A DNA stretch of 64,000 nucleotides. Source: an uncultured Muribaculaceae bacterium (GTDB lineage Bacteria; Bacteroidota; Bacteroidia; Bacteroidales; Muribaculaceae). The notes below the pieces were generated by a model. That model searched no databases and had not been told where the DNA came from. It saw nothing but the letters and a program-made list of their open reading frames with translations. Position 1 is the first letter of the stretch. Each line of letters starts with the position of its first letter. The stretch spans positions 9,605 to 73,604 of the forward strand of contig CAXHOY010000008.1 of the NCBI GenBank assembly GCA_964018265.1. The letters are read 5' to 3'. Positions 46,129 to 55,234 of this stretch are shown piece by piece. The position numbers and the translations under genes were made by a program.

Positions 46129-49100
46129 TTACCTGGCGAGTGACAGATTGAGAGAGATGCCATATGATGTGTTGGTTGTCGGAAACGCACTGTTTGTGAC
46201 AATAGGTGTGTTGACCTGATGGTCGAAATATGCGGAGAGTGTAACGCGTCGGCTCAGGATATATTTGGCCGTGAAGTTGATGTTGACTGTGTTTGTTCCG
46301 CTTGTCGCCTGGGTGTAATTGCTCTCGATGCGTCTGATGAGCGCCTGGTTGTTTTGGATCGAGACGTTTGCATCAAGGTCAAGGTCGTTGCTTACGCCTT
46401 GCTGCGAGCCTTTGATTTTCAGGACAGAGTTGAAGTTTACGATTTTGTATCCAGCTCCGAATGTCAGACCTTTGGTCGTTGCCTCGACAATCTGTCCGGC
46501 CGATGAGTTCAGTGTGAGTGTGCGTTGGTCGCGGTATTCGGCGGAGAATTTGATGTTGTTCTGCATCGTTGCGTTTATGCCTATGAGCGGAGCGAAGCGC
46601 TCTGTGATTGCTACCGACGATATGTTGTAGGGCGATGACGGTATTGGCTTTCCGGTCAGGGCATCAAGTGTGAAACCAAGATCGCCGTCGGCGGATATCC
46701 AGTTAAGATATGATGAGTAAGAGCCTACGGAGTAGGTGCATTGATATGCGTGGTTGAGGGTGAAAGATTTGAAGAGTTTGCGCATGTTGCCGAGGTTTAT
46801 CAGTCCGTCGTAACTTATACGCCAGTTTGGAAGGACGGCAGAGAATGAGGGGAACGGATCGAGATTGGCCGTCGACGGGTTGCCCCCGCTGTATGCTGCT
46901 ACAAATGCGGGGATCAATACATCAGACGAAGTCTCGCTTACTGTTCCGGTGGCAGGATCGAAAGGCAGACCGGCCATGGCAGTCCCGGCGATGAAGCCTG
47001 CGTCGGGATAGCTGATGCCTGCGTAGCGTGCTTCGACACGGTCGCGTATGGCAGGGATGTATTGCAGGAACTTGGTGAAGGCTTCGGATTGGTATCCGTT
47101 GTCAGCCTTTGAACCGCGCAGTGCCGACGCTATGGCGCAGTGTGTGCGGGTGTAAGATCCGGCGAGCGATGTCGGCATGCCGTCATACATGAACTGAATC
47201 TGTCGTGTGCGGTTGTCGGTGCGGTTGAATGTGAGCTGGATCTTGAAGCCTTTGAAGATCTCGAAGTTGGCCTCGATGTTGAGCTCGTTTGAGTTTGACC
47301 ATACGGCCGGAGAAGTCTGTCCGTCGTCGGTGATGAGCCATCCCCGGTCAATGGCACGGTCGATGTAGTTTTCACCTGCGAAGCCAAACGCGAAGTCAAG
47401 ACCAGGCGACATCGGGCCGTAGGAACGGCTTTGTCCGAAAATGTTGCCTATCTCTGGTCTGAACAAAGGCAATGACAGCGAATGCGAGTTGCGGTAGCGT
47501 ACGGATACATTGCGTGTTGACATCAGCAGACGCAGTGAGTATTCGCTGAAGTCTTTCCAGAACGGGTTGCTTTCTTTCAGAATCTCGGTGATGGTGAACT
47601 TGAGGTTTTCGTTGCCGTGGTTGAGAACTTCGATGTTGTTCAGGTCTATCACACGGGTCTTTACGGCAAATGGTTTGCCGTCGGATGTGGTTGCGGTGAC
47701 CTTGACTTTCTTGTTGCGCAGGTTGTGCTTGATAGTCAGAGTGGTGTCGGGGAGAAGGGCATATGACCTCTCAAATTTCTTCGGCTTTGATTTACGCGGA
47801 TCCGGGCGTTTATTGGCGAAGCGTTTGTTGACGTTTTTAAGAAGTGGAACTTTGTTGTAGAGGGTTTCGAGATTCAAACGGCCGTCAGCAGTCCACGCTC
47901 CCTGATTGGCGATGCTGTTACCTACTGATATGCCGTCGACAGATGCGCCTCGGTCCCAACGGTATGTGGCGTTATAGCTGACTGATCCGGTCAGGAAGTC
48001 GAGGACCGGAATTTTTGAGAATGGTGCACGATACTGTGCGGTGAACGTCTGGTTATAGGCCCAGGGTGTACCCATCGACAGAATGCTCTGCCAGACGGTG
48101 TCTTTCCATTCGCGGTATTTGTCGGGAAATAGTTTGCGGTTGACTGCTCCGGTAGTCTCTTCGATGCGTGCGGATGTGTTGGAGTTGAATGTCAGAGACA
48201 GCGATTTGGTGAGGTTCCAGTTGAGTGACAGCTGACGGTCCCACAGGAAGTTTTTGCTGACAGAAACGGGTAACTGGAATAGCATGTCGGTCTCCGAACG
48301 TGTCTGTTGCTCGTAGTAATATCTCGACATGTTTGTCATGAACGAGATTGTTGTCGGAAGCCAGTTGAGTTCCCAGTCTTTGAAGAATTTTACATGCTTG
48401 GATTTTGATTTGATGCCTTTGAACGGCTTGAATGATTTGAAGTATGGCGAATAGCTGTATTGGAACGAACCGCGATAGTCATTGGTGTATTCATATTCGG
48501 TCGTGGGATCCATCTTGGTCTGTTTGTTGAATGAGAAGCTGATTGTGAAGTTGGCGGGGTCCCAAGGCATAGGATTTTTGCTTTTGACATCAAATTTAAG
48601 TCCGGACAGAGAGAAGTTCTCGACGGTTGTACGGTCGATGGCAAAATCACTGATCGAATCGCGCTCTTGTTTGGATGTGCAGTCGTCAAGGGCGTCCTTC
48701 AGCAGCACGTCCTGGTCGAGTGGATTGTATTTTGGAGATGTTTTTTCTTTAGATATTGAATAATAGAGTGGTGCACGTAGCTTCACTGCTTCAGGTAGCA
48801 GACGTCCGGCGTCGCCCTGGACAGCAAAGTTGTATTGCTGGTAGTCATCGAGGCGACGTTCGTTGAGCGACTGGTCGACTCCGCCGAACCCGGCAGTCTC
48901 GACGTGTGCTCCGAAGTTGAGTGTTGCGATGTCTGAGACATTGAGCGTGGCATTGGCCTTGGCAGCCCAGCCGCCCTCCTCGTTGAAGTCGGTTACCTTA
49001 AGTTCGTTGACCCATACTGTTCCGGCTTTTGTTGAGTGAGAGTTGTTACGGACGCCAATCAGCACGACGCGGATGTCGCTCAGCGAAGGGTTGCCGATGA

Positions 49101-52100
49101 CAGCCATGCGGTTGCGTTCGTTGTCGGGGTCTCGTCCGGTGTAAAGAGTGCCGAAGCCGACACCGCTCTCTTCATTGCGTTTGGCTGTGTTGCGTTGCTT
49201 TTTCAGGTCAACCAGCGCCTGGAGATTGAGGTTGAGGTAGTTGTTGAGAGGCCATACGGTCTCGCGGTCTGAGTTGAGATAATTGTTATAACTTCCGGGA
49301 GGAGTGAGAGTTAACGGCACTTCGTATTCATAGTAGTTGCTTTTTACGTCAGAGCCGAGTCTTACGAATAGGGCAAGTTCGCCTGAACGCAGGTCTGTGT
49401 TGTTGTCAATGAGAGCTTCGGCGTGAGTCCACATCTGCATGCGTTTGTAGTTGCGGAGATCGAGCTGTGTGTTGCGGTATACGCCACGGGCATCACCGGC
49501 GTTGAGGTCAGTGACCTTAAGCGACATTGACTGTTCGTTGAGTTGTACGATCTGGCTTTGTCCCGGATCTGTGATGCGTGTGACACCTGGCGGAAGGACA
49601 TAGTTGACCGGTTCACGTTCGGCATTTTCCTCAATGTTGACGACTGAAATGTCGAGCTTACCTTCGGCAGGTGTGTCGCCTCGGTTGTTGAGGTTGAAAT
49701 CATAGCCACGCCATTCGCCACGCACGAGTTCGAGTGTGGCAAAACGCAGGTGGGTGACGGCTTTGAATCCCGTCATGAACATACGGACGAAGCGTATGGT
49801 CGAGAAGTCGTTGATTGATCCGACTTTGCGTTCGAAGTCGTCGAGGGGTATCTTGAACTGATACCATTCGACTTCAGGATCTTTGCCATCGACAGTCGGA
49901 ACGATTGACACCTGTTTGTCGGTGATATAGTTGCGGCCGACGACAAGGTCTTCGGGTCGGATTGAAATCTTATACTGGAAGTAGCGTTCGTATTCGTTGA
50001 GGGTGTTGTCCTGGTTGATGTCCTCGACGTCGGGAGTGCTTCGCGACGACTGGTAGAGCGGGTCTGAAGCGTCTTCCGGCGAAAGAGAGTTGCCTTCGAC
50101 GCCATTGTAGCGCTTGTAGCGGGCAAGCACACCGAGGCGTTCCTCGTCGTAGTCATAGCCCCGATAGAAGTGATAATTGTCACCGGCCGGGTCGTTGAAC
50201 GGCGAGAACTGGTTTTGCTCCATCTCGGCGATGGTGGTCGGCGAAAGGCGCATGCGTAGTTTGTCGAGATACTCTTTGTAGCTCGGAAATATGAACTCGT
50301 CGTCGTTGGGCAGTCCGTCAAGGCCTACGTCCTGGACAGGCCGTGATCCGGAGGCATTGTCAAACGAATATGTCAGCGAGTTTTGTCGCGAAACACGCCC
50401 CCATGCGGTCTCTGTCAGAAATTGGTCATTGCCGTCGTAGGGGATGCCGTTTTCATAGCTTTTCAGACCGTCCTTGAGGATGTCTTCTGATACTTCGCCG
50501 AGGTTGAAATACAGGTCGCCGCCTTCGTAGTTGGGATTTTCAGGGTCAAGGAACGGATTCATCATCCAGAACTGGATGTACTCGATGTTGCTTTGCTCGA
50601 AGTTTGTGTTGTCGAGCCTGCGCATAATGCCGCCCCAGCGTTTCTCGGGGTGCAACAGGTTACCTCGCTCGTCGATTTCTTCGGCGTCGAGATTATAAGG
50701 TCCACGTTCGGTCGGGTAGAACGACAGGTTTAAAGTCTGGATTAATGGCGATTCTCCATAGTTGAGTTGTCGTCCCGGGAAAATCTCGCTTGATTTGACG
50801 TCGCGGACATATGGGTTGGAGAGTTGAGCGAGGTCGCTCTTGATGTAGCCCGGTGCCAGCGACGAGTTGCGCTGGGTGAACATGCGGTCGATATAGTACC
50901 AGTTGAGCAGTGCCCGGTTTTTGCCGTAGTCGACATTGTCGCTCAGCGCTGCTTCGGGGAAGAGGGCGTCGCTGCCCGAATCGTAAGGCGTAGAAGCGAG
51001 AAACCAGGAGTATGGCGAACGCAGATCGATGCCGGTCTGTGTTGATTCGAAGTCGTCGATATAGCTCGAACCTTTGTTTGAGCCGGCTTTCTGAGCGTGG
51101 GGCAGCAGGCGGGCGTATTCAGCCGTGAGGCTCAGGTGTGACGGCTGGGTGGCGTTGACAGTCGGTATCTTGTTGATGAGATTGGTCAGCCACATGAAGT
51201 CGGAATTGTAGCTGAGGTTGAAGCCGAGCATCGAATTATTGACGGTCTCATCTCCGATGTTGACTTTTTCGGTGAGCGCTTTTTCGGAGAAGTGGAGAAG
51301 TGTCGCACCGATATTGAATTTTTTGCTGAACTGATATTGCAGGTCGAGACCGAGCAGTGTTTTTCGTTGGGTGGAGAACATAGACTGGTTTTCGAGCGTG
51401 ACACTGATGCTCTGACCGGAGTCGATGATAGACTGGTTGGTGATGGTGACTATGCCCATCGAATAGTCGACGGTGTAGTCGGAGTTTTCGGTGAGCTGAA
51501 CGCCTCCGGCCATGACGATGACCGAACCTCGTGGTACGTTCATCGCGTTGAGTCTGATCTGCGAACCTGATGATGCCTGGTACTCACCTGTGAGGATGAA
51601 TTTGTTTTTGTTTGCAATCTGACGTGCCACTACGAGCGTCGAGTCATAAAGCTCTTGATAGACATATTGCTCAGCCAGGACGGGGTTGTTGATTTTAGCT
51701 GCCAGATGCGAGCCGAATGGTTCGACAACGGGGAATATGATCTTGCCGGAACTTGACAGCACTGTGTAGCCTTCGATGTAGTCGAAGAAGCCGTCGGGAT
51801 TTGACTGTTCGTTGTTGTCGATGCGGTCGAGGTTCATGACTTGAAGCAGCGACTGGTTGTTGAGACCTGGCACCGGGAGATAGTTGATCTGTGTGCCGGT
51901 TGTGTCGCTCAGATACTTGACTTGCATCTTGAAATTGCTCTTCTGGACTTGATATCCGCCGATTGAATAGACGTTTTTCATCATCAGCTTCCAGACCGGT
52001 AACTTTGGCGAGACGGTTGTGCCCTTGAGCATCTTGAGATATAGAGATTGGTCTGTAGAGGTGATGTCGCCTGAAAATTCACCGACCTGATACACTTTTC

Positions 52101-53589
52101 CACCATAGGTGTATTCGTAGGCTACGGCGAGGACTTCGTCTGAATTGAGGGCTGTTTTGATTGAGATATATCCCAGGGTTGAGTTCAGAGTGTATTGGTC
52201 GGAACTGAGAAGTCTTGCGCTTTCGACCTTTTCGTAGTCGCGTCCGCCTTCGATGCCGAAAGCGCTGAGCGGTTCGAGGGCTTGGGTCACCAGGTTGATG
52301 TTGCGGGCATCAGGATATTGCTCTTTTATGGTCGTAAGGAGGTTGTTGGACGAGTTGTCGGGGTTGGGCAGAGCCGGGTTGACAGTCCAGTGGTTTGAGG
52401 CGAGAGACGAGCTTTCGCCGAGGTCCATGAATGCGACGAAGTTGCGCGCTTGTTCGAAGTTGCTGTTTTTGTTGGTCACCCACACTTCGATGCGGGTGAT
52501 CTTTATGCCTGATGACACGTATGGCAGTTTTGATGCAAAACGGTCATAGTTGTCGCGGAAGAAATGGCCGAGGAAGAAGTGGCGGTTCTGGTCGTATTCG
52601 TCGGCATTGATCGAGAATTTCGTGGTCTGCACACCGCCTTTGGTGTTTACGGTCTTTGACTCGGAATTCTGTTGCGAAACAAGGGCTGTGGCGGTCAGCT
52701 TGCCGAACTGCAGTTTGGTCTTGACGCCAAACAGGGCTGTGCTGCCTCGTATTAGCGACGAACCGGTGGTCATCGACACATTGCCGGCCTCGATGAGCTT
52801 TACGATGTCGTCTTCTTTCCCTTCATAGGAAAGTTTGAGGTTTTTCGAGTCGAAGTCGAATGTAGCGTCGGTGTTGTAGGTCATGTTGAACTTCATGCGG
52901 TCGCCGACAGATGCGTTGACTGTAGCCTGAACCTTCTGGTCGAAGTCGAAATAGGTCTTGCGTCTCGCCGAGAGCGGCAGGGCAGGGTTGTCGGTCTTGT
53001 TGCTCTTGACGCCCATTGCAATCTGTACGGAGCCTTGTGTGCGGAGTTGTACTCCGCCCGGACCGAAGATTTTTTCGAGCGGGCCGAGGGCGAAGTTCAT
53101 GTCGAGGATGTTGAATGGTTCCTTCTCCTTTTCTGTGACCTGGGCGAGGTTGCGCTCTCGGTAGTATTGCTGCATTGACCGGCGGAATTGCCAGTTGTTG
53201 TATTGAGCCGGTGTAAGCAGGAATGGAGTGGCGATATCGAAGTCACCGACACGCGTCCTGACGATATAACATCCTGTTTCTGGGTCATATTCGGCGTGTG
53301 TCTCGATATTGGATGGCGTGGAGAGGTCGTAGCCGAGTTCATCAGCCATAAGAGCCTCGTAGTTTTGTGGAACTGTCGGGCTTGTCCCGAACGGCAGCAT
53401 GATGGAGTCGGCAGCCTGGACAAGCGGCTCGGGAGCGGGATAGGCGGCGGGAGCAGGCGGCCGGATGCCGGTCGCCGGATGCTGGCCTATAGTCAGCATT
53501 GGAAAGCATACGACAAAAGCTATCGCCATAACTGGCAGACAGCGAGATAATCTGAACTTATATTGTCGGTTGTTACTTTCTTTTTCCAT
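46129..53589 (-). CDS. sprA: T9SS outer-membrane translocon SprA/Sov
   Basis: 2486 aa; LEKIFGPGG, DFDSKNLKLSY..EDDI, IEAGNVS, NVPRGSV..AGG..L.EN.DY.VDY, RWGGIMR, DVGLDG, VWVNEL; adjacent to ruvA as typical in Bacteroidetes. Confidence 0.92.
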   Translation of the reverse strand: MEKESNNRQYKFRLSRCLPVMAIAFVVCFPMLTIGQHPATGIRPPAPAAYPAPEPLVQAADSIMLPFGTSPTVPQNYEALMADELGYDLSTPSNIETHAEYDPETGCYIVRTRVGDFDIATPFLLTPAQYNNWQFRRSMQQYYRERNLAQVTEKEKEPFNILDMNFALGPLEKIFGPGGVQLRTQGSVQIAMGVKSNKTDNPALPLSARRKTYFDFDQKVQATVNASVGDRMKFNMTYNTDATFDFDSKNLKLSYEGKEDDIVKLIEAGNVSMTTGSSLIRGSTALFGVKTKLQFGKLTATALVSQQNSESKTVNTKGGVQTTKFSINADEYDQNRHFFLGHFFRDNYDRFASKLPYVSSGIKITRIEVWVTNKNSNFEQARNFVAFMDLGESSSLASNHWTVNPALPNPDNSSNNLLTTIKEQYPDARNINLVTQALEPLSAFGIEGGRDYEKVESARLLSSDQYTLNSTLGYISIKTALNSDEVLAVAYEYTYGGKVYQVGEFSGDITSTDQSLYLKMLKGTTVSPKLPVWKLMMKNVYSIGGYQVQKSNFKMQVKYLSDTTGTQINYLPVPGLNNQSLLQVMNLDRIDNNEQSNPDGFFDYIEGYTVLSSSGKIIFPVVEPFGSHLAAKINNPVLAEQYVYQELYDSTLVVARQIANKNKFILTGEYQASSGSQIRLNAMNVPRGSVIVMAGGVQLTENSDYTVDYSMGIVTITNQSIIDSGQSISVTLENQSMFSTQRKTLLGLDLQYQFSKKFNIGATLLHFSEKALTEKVNIGDETVNNSMLGFNLSYNSDFMWLTNLINKIPTVNATQPSHLSLTAEYARLLPHAQKAGSNKGSSYIDDFESTQTGIDLRSPYSWFLASTPYDSGSDALFPEAALSDNVDYGKNRALLNWYYIDRMFTQRNSSLAPGYIKSDLAQLSNPYVRDVKSSEIFPGRQLNYGESPLIQTLNLSFYPTERGPYNLDAEEIDERGNLLHPEKRWGGIMRRLDNTNFEQSNIEYIQFWMMNPFLDPENPNYEGGDLYFNLGEVSEDILKDGLKSYENGIPYDGNDQFLTETAWGRVSRQNSLTYSFDNASGSRPVQDVGLDGLPNDDEFIFPSYKEYLDKLRMRLSPTTIAEMEQNQFSPFNDPAGDNYHFYRGYDYDEERLGVLARYKRYNGVEGNSLSPEDASDPLYQSSRSTPDVEDINQDNTLNEYERYFQYKISIRPEDLVVGRNYITDKQVSIVPTVDGKDPEVEWYQFKIPLDDFERKVGSINDFSTIRFVRMFMTGFKAVTHLRFATLELVRGEWRGYDFNLNNRGDTPAEGKLDISVVNIEENAEREPVNYVLPPGVTRITDPGQSQIVQLNEQSMSLKVTDLNAGDARGVYRNTQLDLRNYKRMQMWTHAEALIDNNTDLRSGELALFVRLGSDVKSNYYEYEVPLTLTPPGSYNNYLNSDRETVWPLNNYLNLNLQALVDLKKQRNTAKRNEESGVGFGTLYTGRDPDNERNRMAVIGNPSLSDIRVVLIGVRNNSHSTKAGTVWVNELKVTDFNEEGGWAAKANATLNVSDIATLNFGAHVETAGFGGVDQSLNERRLDDYQQYNFAVQGDAGRLLPEAVKLRAPLYYSISKEKTSPKYNPLDQDVLLKDALDDCTSKQERDSISDFAIDRTTVENFSLSGLKFDVKSKNPMPWDPANFTISFSFNKQTKMDPTTEYEYTNDYRGSFQYSYSPYFKSFKPFKGIKSKSKHVKFFKDWELNWLPTTISFMTNMSRYYYEQQTRSETDMLFQLPVSVSKNFLWDRQLSLNWNLTKSLSLTFNSNTSARIEETTGAVNRKLFPDKYREWKDTVWQSILSMGTPWAYNQTFTAQYRAPFSKIPVLDFLTGSVSYNATYRWDRGASVDGISVGNSIANQGAWTADGRLNLETLYNKVPLLKNVNKRFANKRPDPRKSKPKKFERSYALLPDTTLTIKHNLRNKKVKVTATTSDGKPFAVKTRVIDLNNIEVLNHGNENLKFTITEILKESNPFWKDFSEYSLRLLMSTRNVSVRYRNSHSLSLPLFRPEIGNIFGQSRSYGPMSPGLDFAFGFAGENYIDRAIDRGWLITDDGQTSPAVWSNSNELNIEANFEIFKGFKIQLTFNRTDNRTRQIQFMYDGMPTSLAGSYTRTHCAIASALRGSKADNGYQSEAFTKFLQYIPAIRDRVEARYAGISYPDAGFIAGTAMAGLPFDPATGTVSETSSDVLIPAFVAAYSGGNPSTANLDPFPSFSAVLPNWRISYDGLINLGNMRKLFKSFTLNHAYQCTYSVGSYSSYLNWISADGDLGFTLDALTGKPIPSSPYNISSVAITERFAPLIGINATMQNNIKFSAEYRDQRTLTLNSSAGQIVEATTKGLTFGAGYKIVNFNSVLKIKGSQQGVSNDLDLDANVSIQNNQALIRRIESNYTQATSGTNTVNINFTAKYILSRRVTLSAYFDHQVNTPIVTNSAFPTTNTSYGISLNLSLAR

Positions 53590-53640
53590 TGCCTGACATT
53601 GTCAGACATATGCATCTGTCTGACTTTGTCGTCCGATATG

Positions 53641-54225
53641 TTACATAAGAGGCAGAGCCTTGCGAATGGCGGCTTCGACTTTTAGCGCCGGATCGCTGTC
53701 AAACAGTTTGGTCAGCACTTTGCGGCTTTGTTGCGCAGTGAAGCCGAGCATGACCAGTGCAGCGAGAGCTTCGTCGAATGCCTCTGAAGTGGCGGGCGAC
53801 TGAATGATTAACGTATCGTCGGTAGGTTTTATTTTATCGCGCAGGTCTACAATTATGCGTTCGGCGGTTTTAGCACCGACGCCTTTCACAGCTTTGAGTC
53901 TGCGCAGGTCTGATGAAGCGATTACAGCCGACAGTTCCTGAGCGGGGATTGACGATAAAATCATCCTTGCGGTTGAAGCTCCTACACCTGACACACCTAT
54001 CAGCAGTCTGAAAATCTCCCGCTCGGTTTCATCCAGAAATCCATATAGAGTCCAGGCGTCCTCGCGGATATTTTCATGGACAAACAGCTTTGTCTGGTCG
54101 AGGCCTTCGAGTTTTGAAAACGTCGGGAGCGTTATCTGAAGTTGATAAGCCACACCACCGGTTGTCTCTAATGTCGCTGCGGCCGGGTTGAGGCTTGCAA
54201 GACTTCCTTTTATATATTCAATCAT
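53641..54225 (-). CDS. ruvA: Holliday junction branch migration protein RuvA
   Basis: MIEYIKG start at 54225; REDAWTLYGF, LIGVSGVGA, VKGVGAKTAERIIVDL, EALAALVMLGF. Confidence 0.96.
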   Translation of the reverse strand: MIEYIKGSLASLNPAAATLETTGGVAYQLQITLPTFSKLEGLDQTKLFVHENIREDAWTLYGFLDETEREIFRLLIGVSGVGASTARMILSSIPAQELSAVIASSDLRRLKAVKGVGAKTAERIIVDLRDKIKPTDDTLIIQSPATSEAFDEALAALVMLGFTAQQSRKVLTKLFDSDPALKVEAAIRKALPLM

Positions 54226-54457
54226 CAGTTGTTGCTTTGGGGTTTGATATTTCTTGCAAATGTAGCGAAAAATCACGGGATTTTGGAGGTGTGTTGGAAA
54301 GAGTTGTGCCCTGAATGTACCTGTTTATACGTCCTTGATGGTCGCGGTGATCAGATCTGACGATGCAAGTCTCGGAGCTATTGGAGATTATGAAGTGGTA
54401 TGTAAAATAAATTTATTAAAAGTTAAGGTGATGCTTGCATTGTAAGGAAAATAATTG

Positions 54458-54465
54458 TAACTTTG
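54458..54465 (+). promoter_or_regulatory. -7 promoter element for tRNA-Cys (TAACTTTG)
   Basis: Consensus TAnnTTTG 21 bp before the tRNA; divergent ruvA box TACATTTG at 54257-54264 (-). Confidence 0.7.
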
Positions 54466-54485
54466 CACTCGCAAACGCCACTGAT

Positions 54486-54559
54486 GGTTCCTTGGCCGAG
54501 TGGTTAGGCACCGGTCTGCAAAACCGTTTACAGCAGTTCGAATCTGCTAGGAACCTCCA
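54486..54559 (+). tRNA. tRNA-Cys (GCA)
   Basis: Acceptor GGTTCCT / AGGAACC, D-arm TGGCCGAGTGGTTAGGC, anticodon loop CT-GCA-AA, T-loop GTTCGAATC, encoded CCA. Confidence 0.97.
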
Positions 54560-54561
54560 CC

Positions 54562-54588
54562 AAGCCCGACTAAAGTCGGGCTTTTTTT
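54562..54588 (+). terminator. tRNA terminator
   Basis: AAGCCCGACT / AGTCGGGCTT stem plus T-run. Confidence 0.9.
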
Positions 54589-54622
54589 GTATATAGGGTT
54601 GCCGCCAGTGCGGGGATGAGAG

Positions 54623-54656
54623 AAAAAAGAAAGAGTCCGGTGTGCCGAACTCTTTC
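54623..54656 (-). terminator. Terminator of the orphan minus-strand transcript
   Basis: GAAAGAGT / ACTCTTTC stem with an A-run at 54623-54628. Confidence 0.65.
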
Positions 54657-54773
54657 GATTAACGGGCAGAGCTTACTCTGTTAGAGGGAGGAGTGAGCTC
54701 CTTTCCGGTAATTGTGTGATTAAAATTTTGGATGTCGATTTAATTTATTGATCTATTGATTGTTGCGTTTCTT

Positions 54774-55055
54774 TCAGCGATTAATGGTTAGATTAATAGT
54801 GATGGATTTACCTGACAAACCATTGATACAAATGCTATTCATGTCATTATCGCTAATCTTAAAAGACATTGTCAAATCTGTGGAACTTGTGTTTGGCGCA
54901 GGTTTTGAATTAGTTATAGAGGTGTCGCTAATGTCTTCAGGATCAACTATTGTATCTGTTGTCCAAAAATGTTTTAATCGGTCTTTAATTACTGAAGAAT
55001 AACTTCCTCCAGCGGAATGCTGATGACCTTCGTGGTTTGATAAATTAGAGTTCAT
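54774..55055 (-). CDS. Orphan 93-aa protein
   Basis: AT-rich ORF with its own -7 box (TACATTTG, 55131-55138) and a downstream terminator; no recognisable domain. Confidence 0.55.
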   Translation of the reverse strand: MNSNLSNHEGHQHSAGGSYSSVIKDRLKHFWTTDTIVDPEDISDTSITNSKPAPNTSSTDLTMSFKISDNDMNSICINGLSGKSITINLTINR

Positions 55056-55159
55056 ATCGCTAAATGTATTTTATTAGCCGCCGACAGTTAATTGGTCGAG
55101 CATCGCGGCGGGTTCGATGCTTTGACAATGCAAATGTACCGCCAAATCATGTTATGTGC

Positions 55160-55211
55160 AAAAAAAAGCAGGAAGAATGGCCCAATCGATTTTGAAGTCA
55201 TTCTTCCTGCT
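55160..55211 (-). terminator. Terminator after histidine phosphatase
   Basis: AGCAGGAAGAATG / CATTCTTCCTGCT 13-bp stem with an adjacent A-run. Confidence 0.8.
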
Positions 55212-55234
55212 GATATGTATGAGTCGGTGATGCG

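Noticed and set aside
53586-53600. 12-mer TGTCAGGCAATG shared between the sprA start and 30437-30448
   Set aside because: Too short, includes the sprA ATG, and lacks the AAATAAATTT core of the repeat family; probably chance
55056-55125. SAM-II, preQ1 or fluoride riboswitch
   Set aside because: Lacks the conserved nucleotides I recall (for example the GAUUU loop of SAM-II, GAUG...CUGAUG of fluoride); kept only as an unnamed pseudoknot
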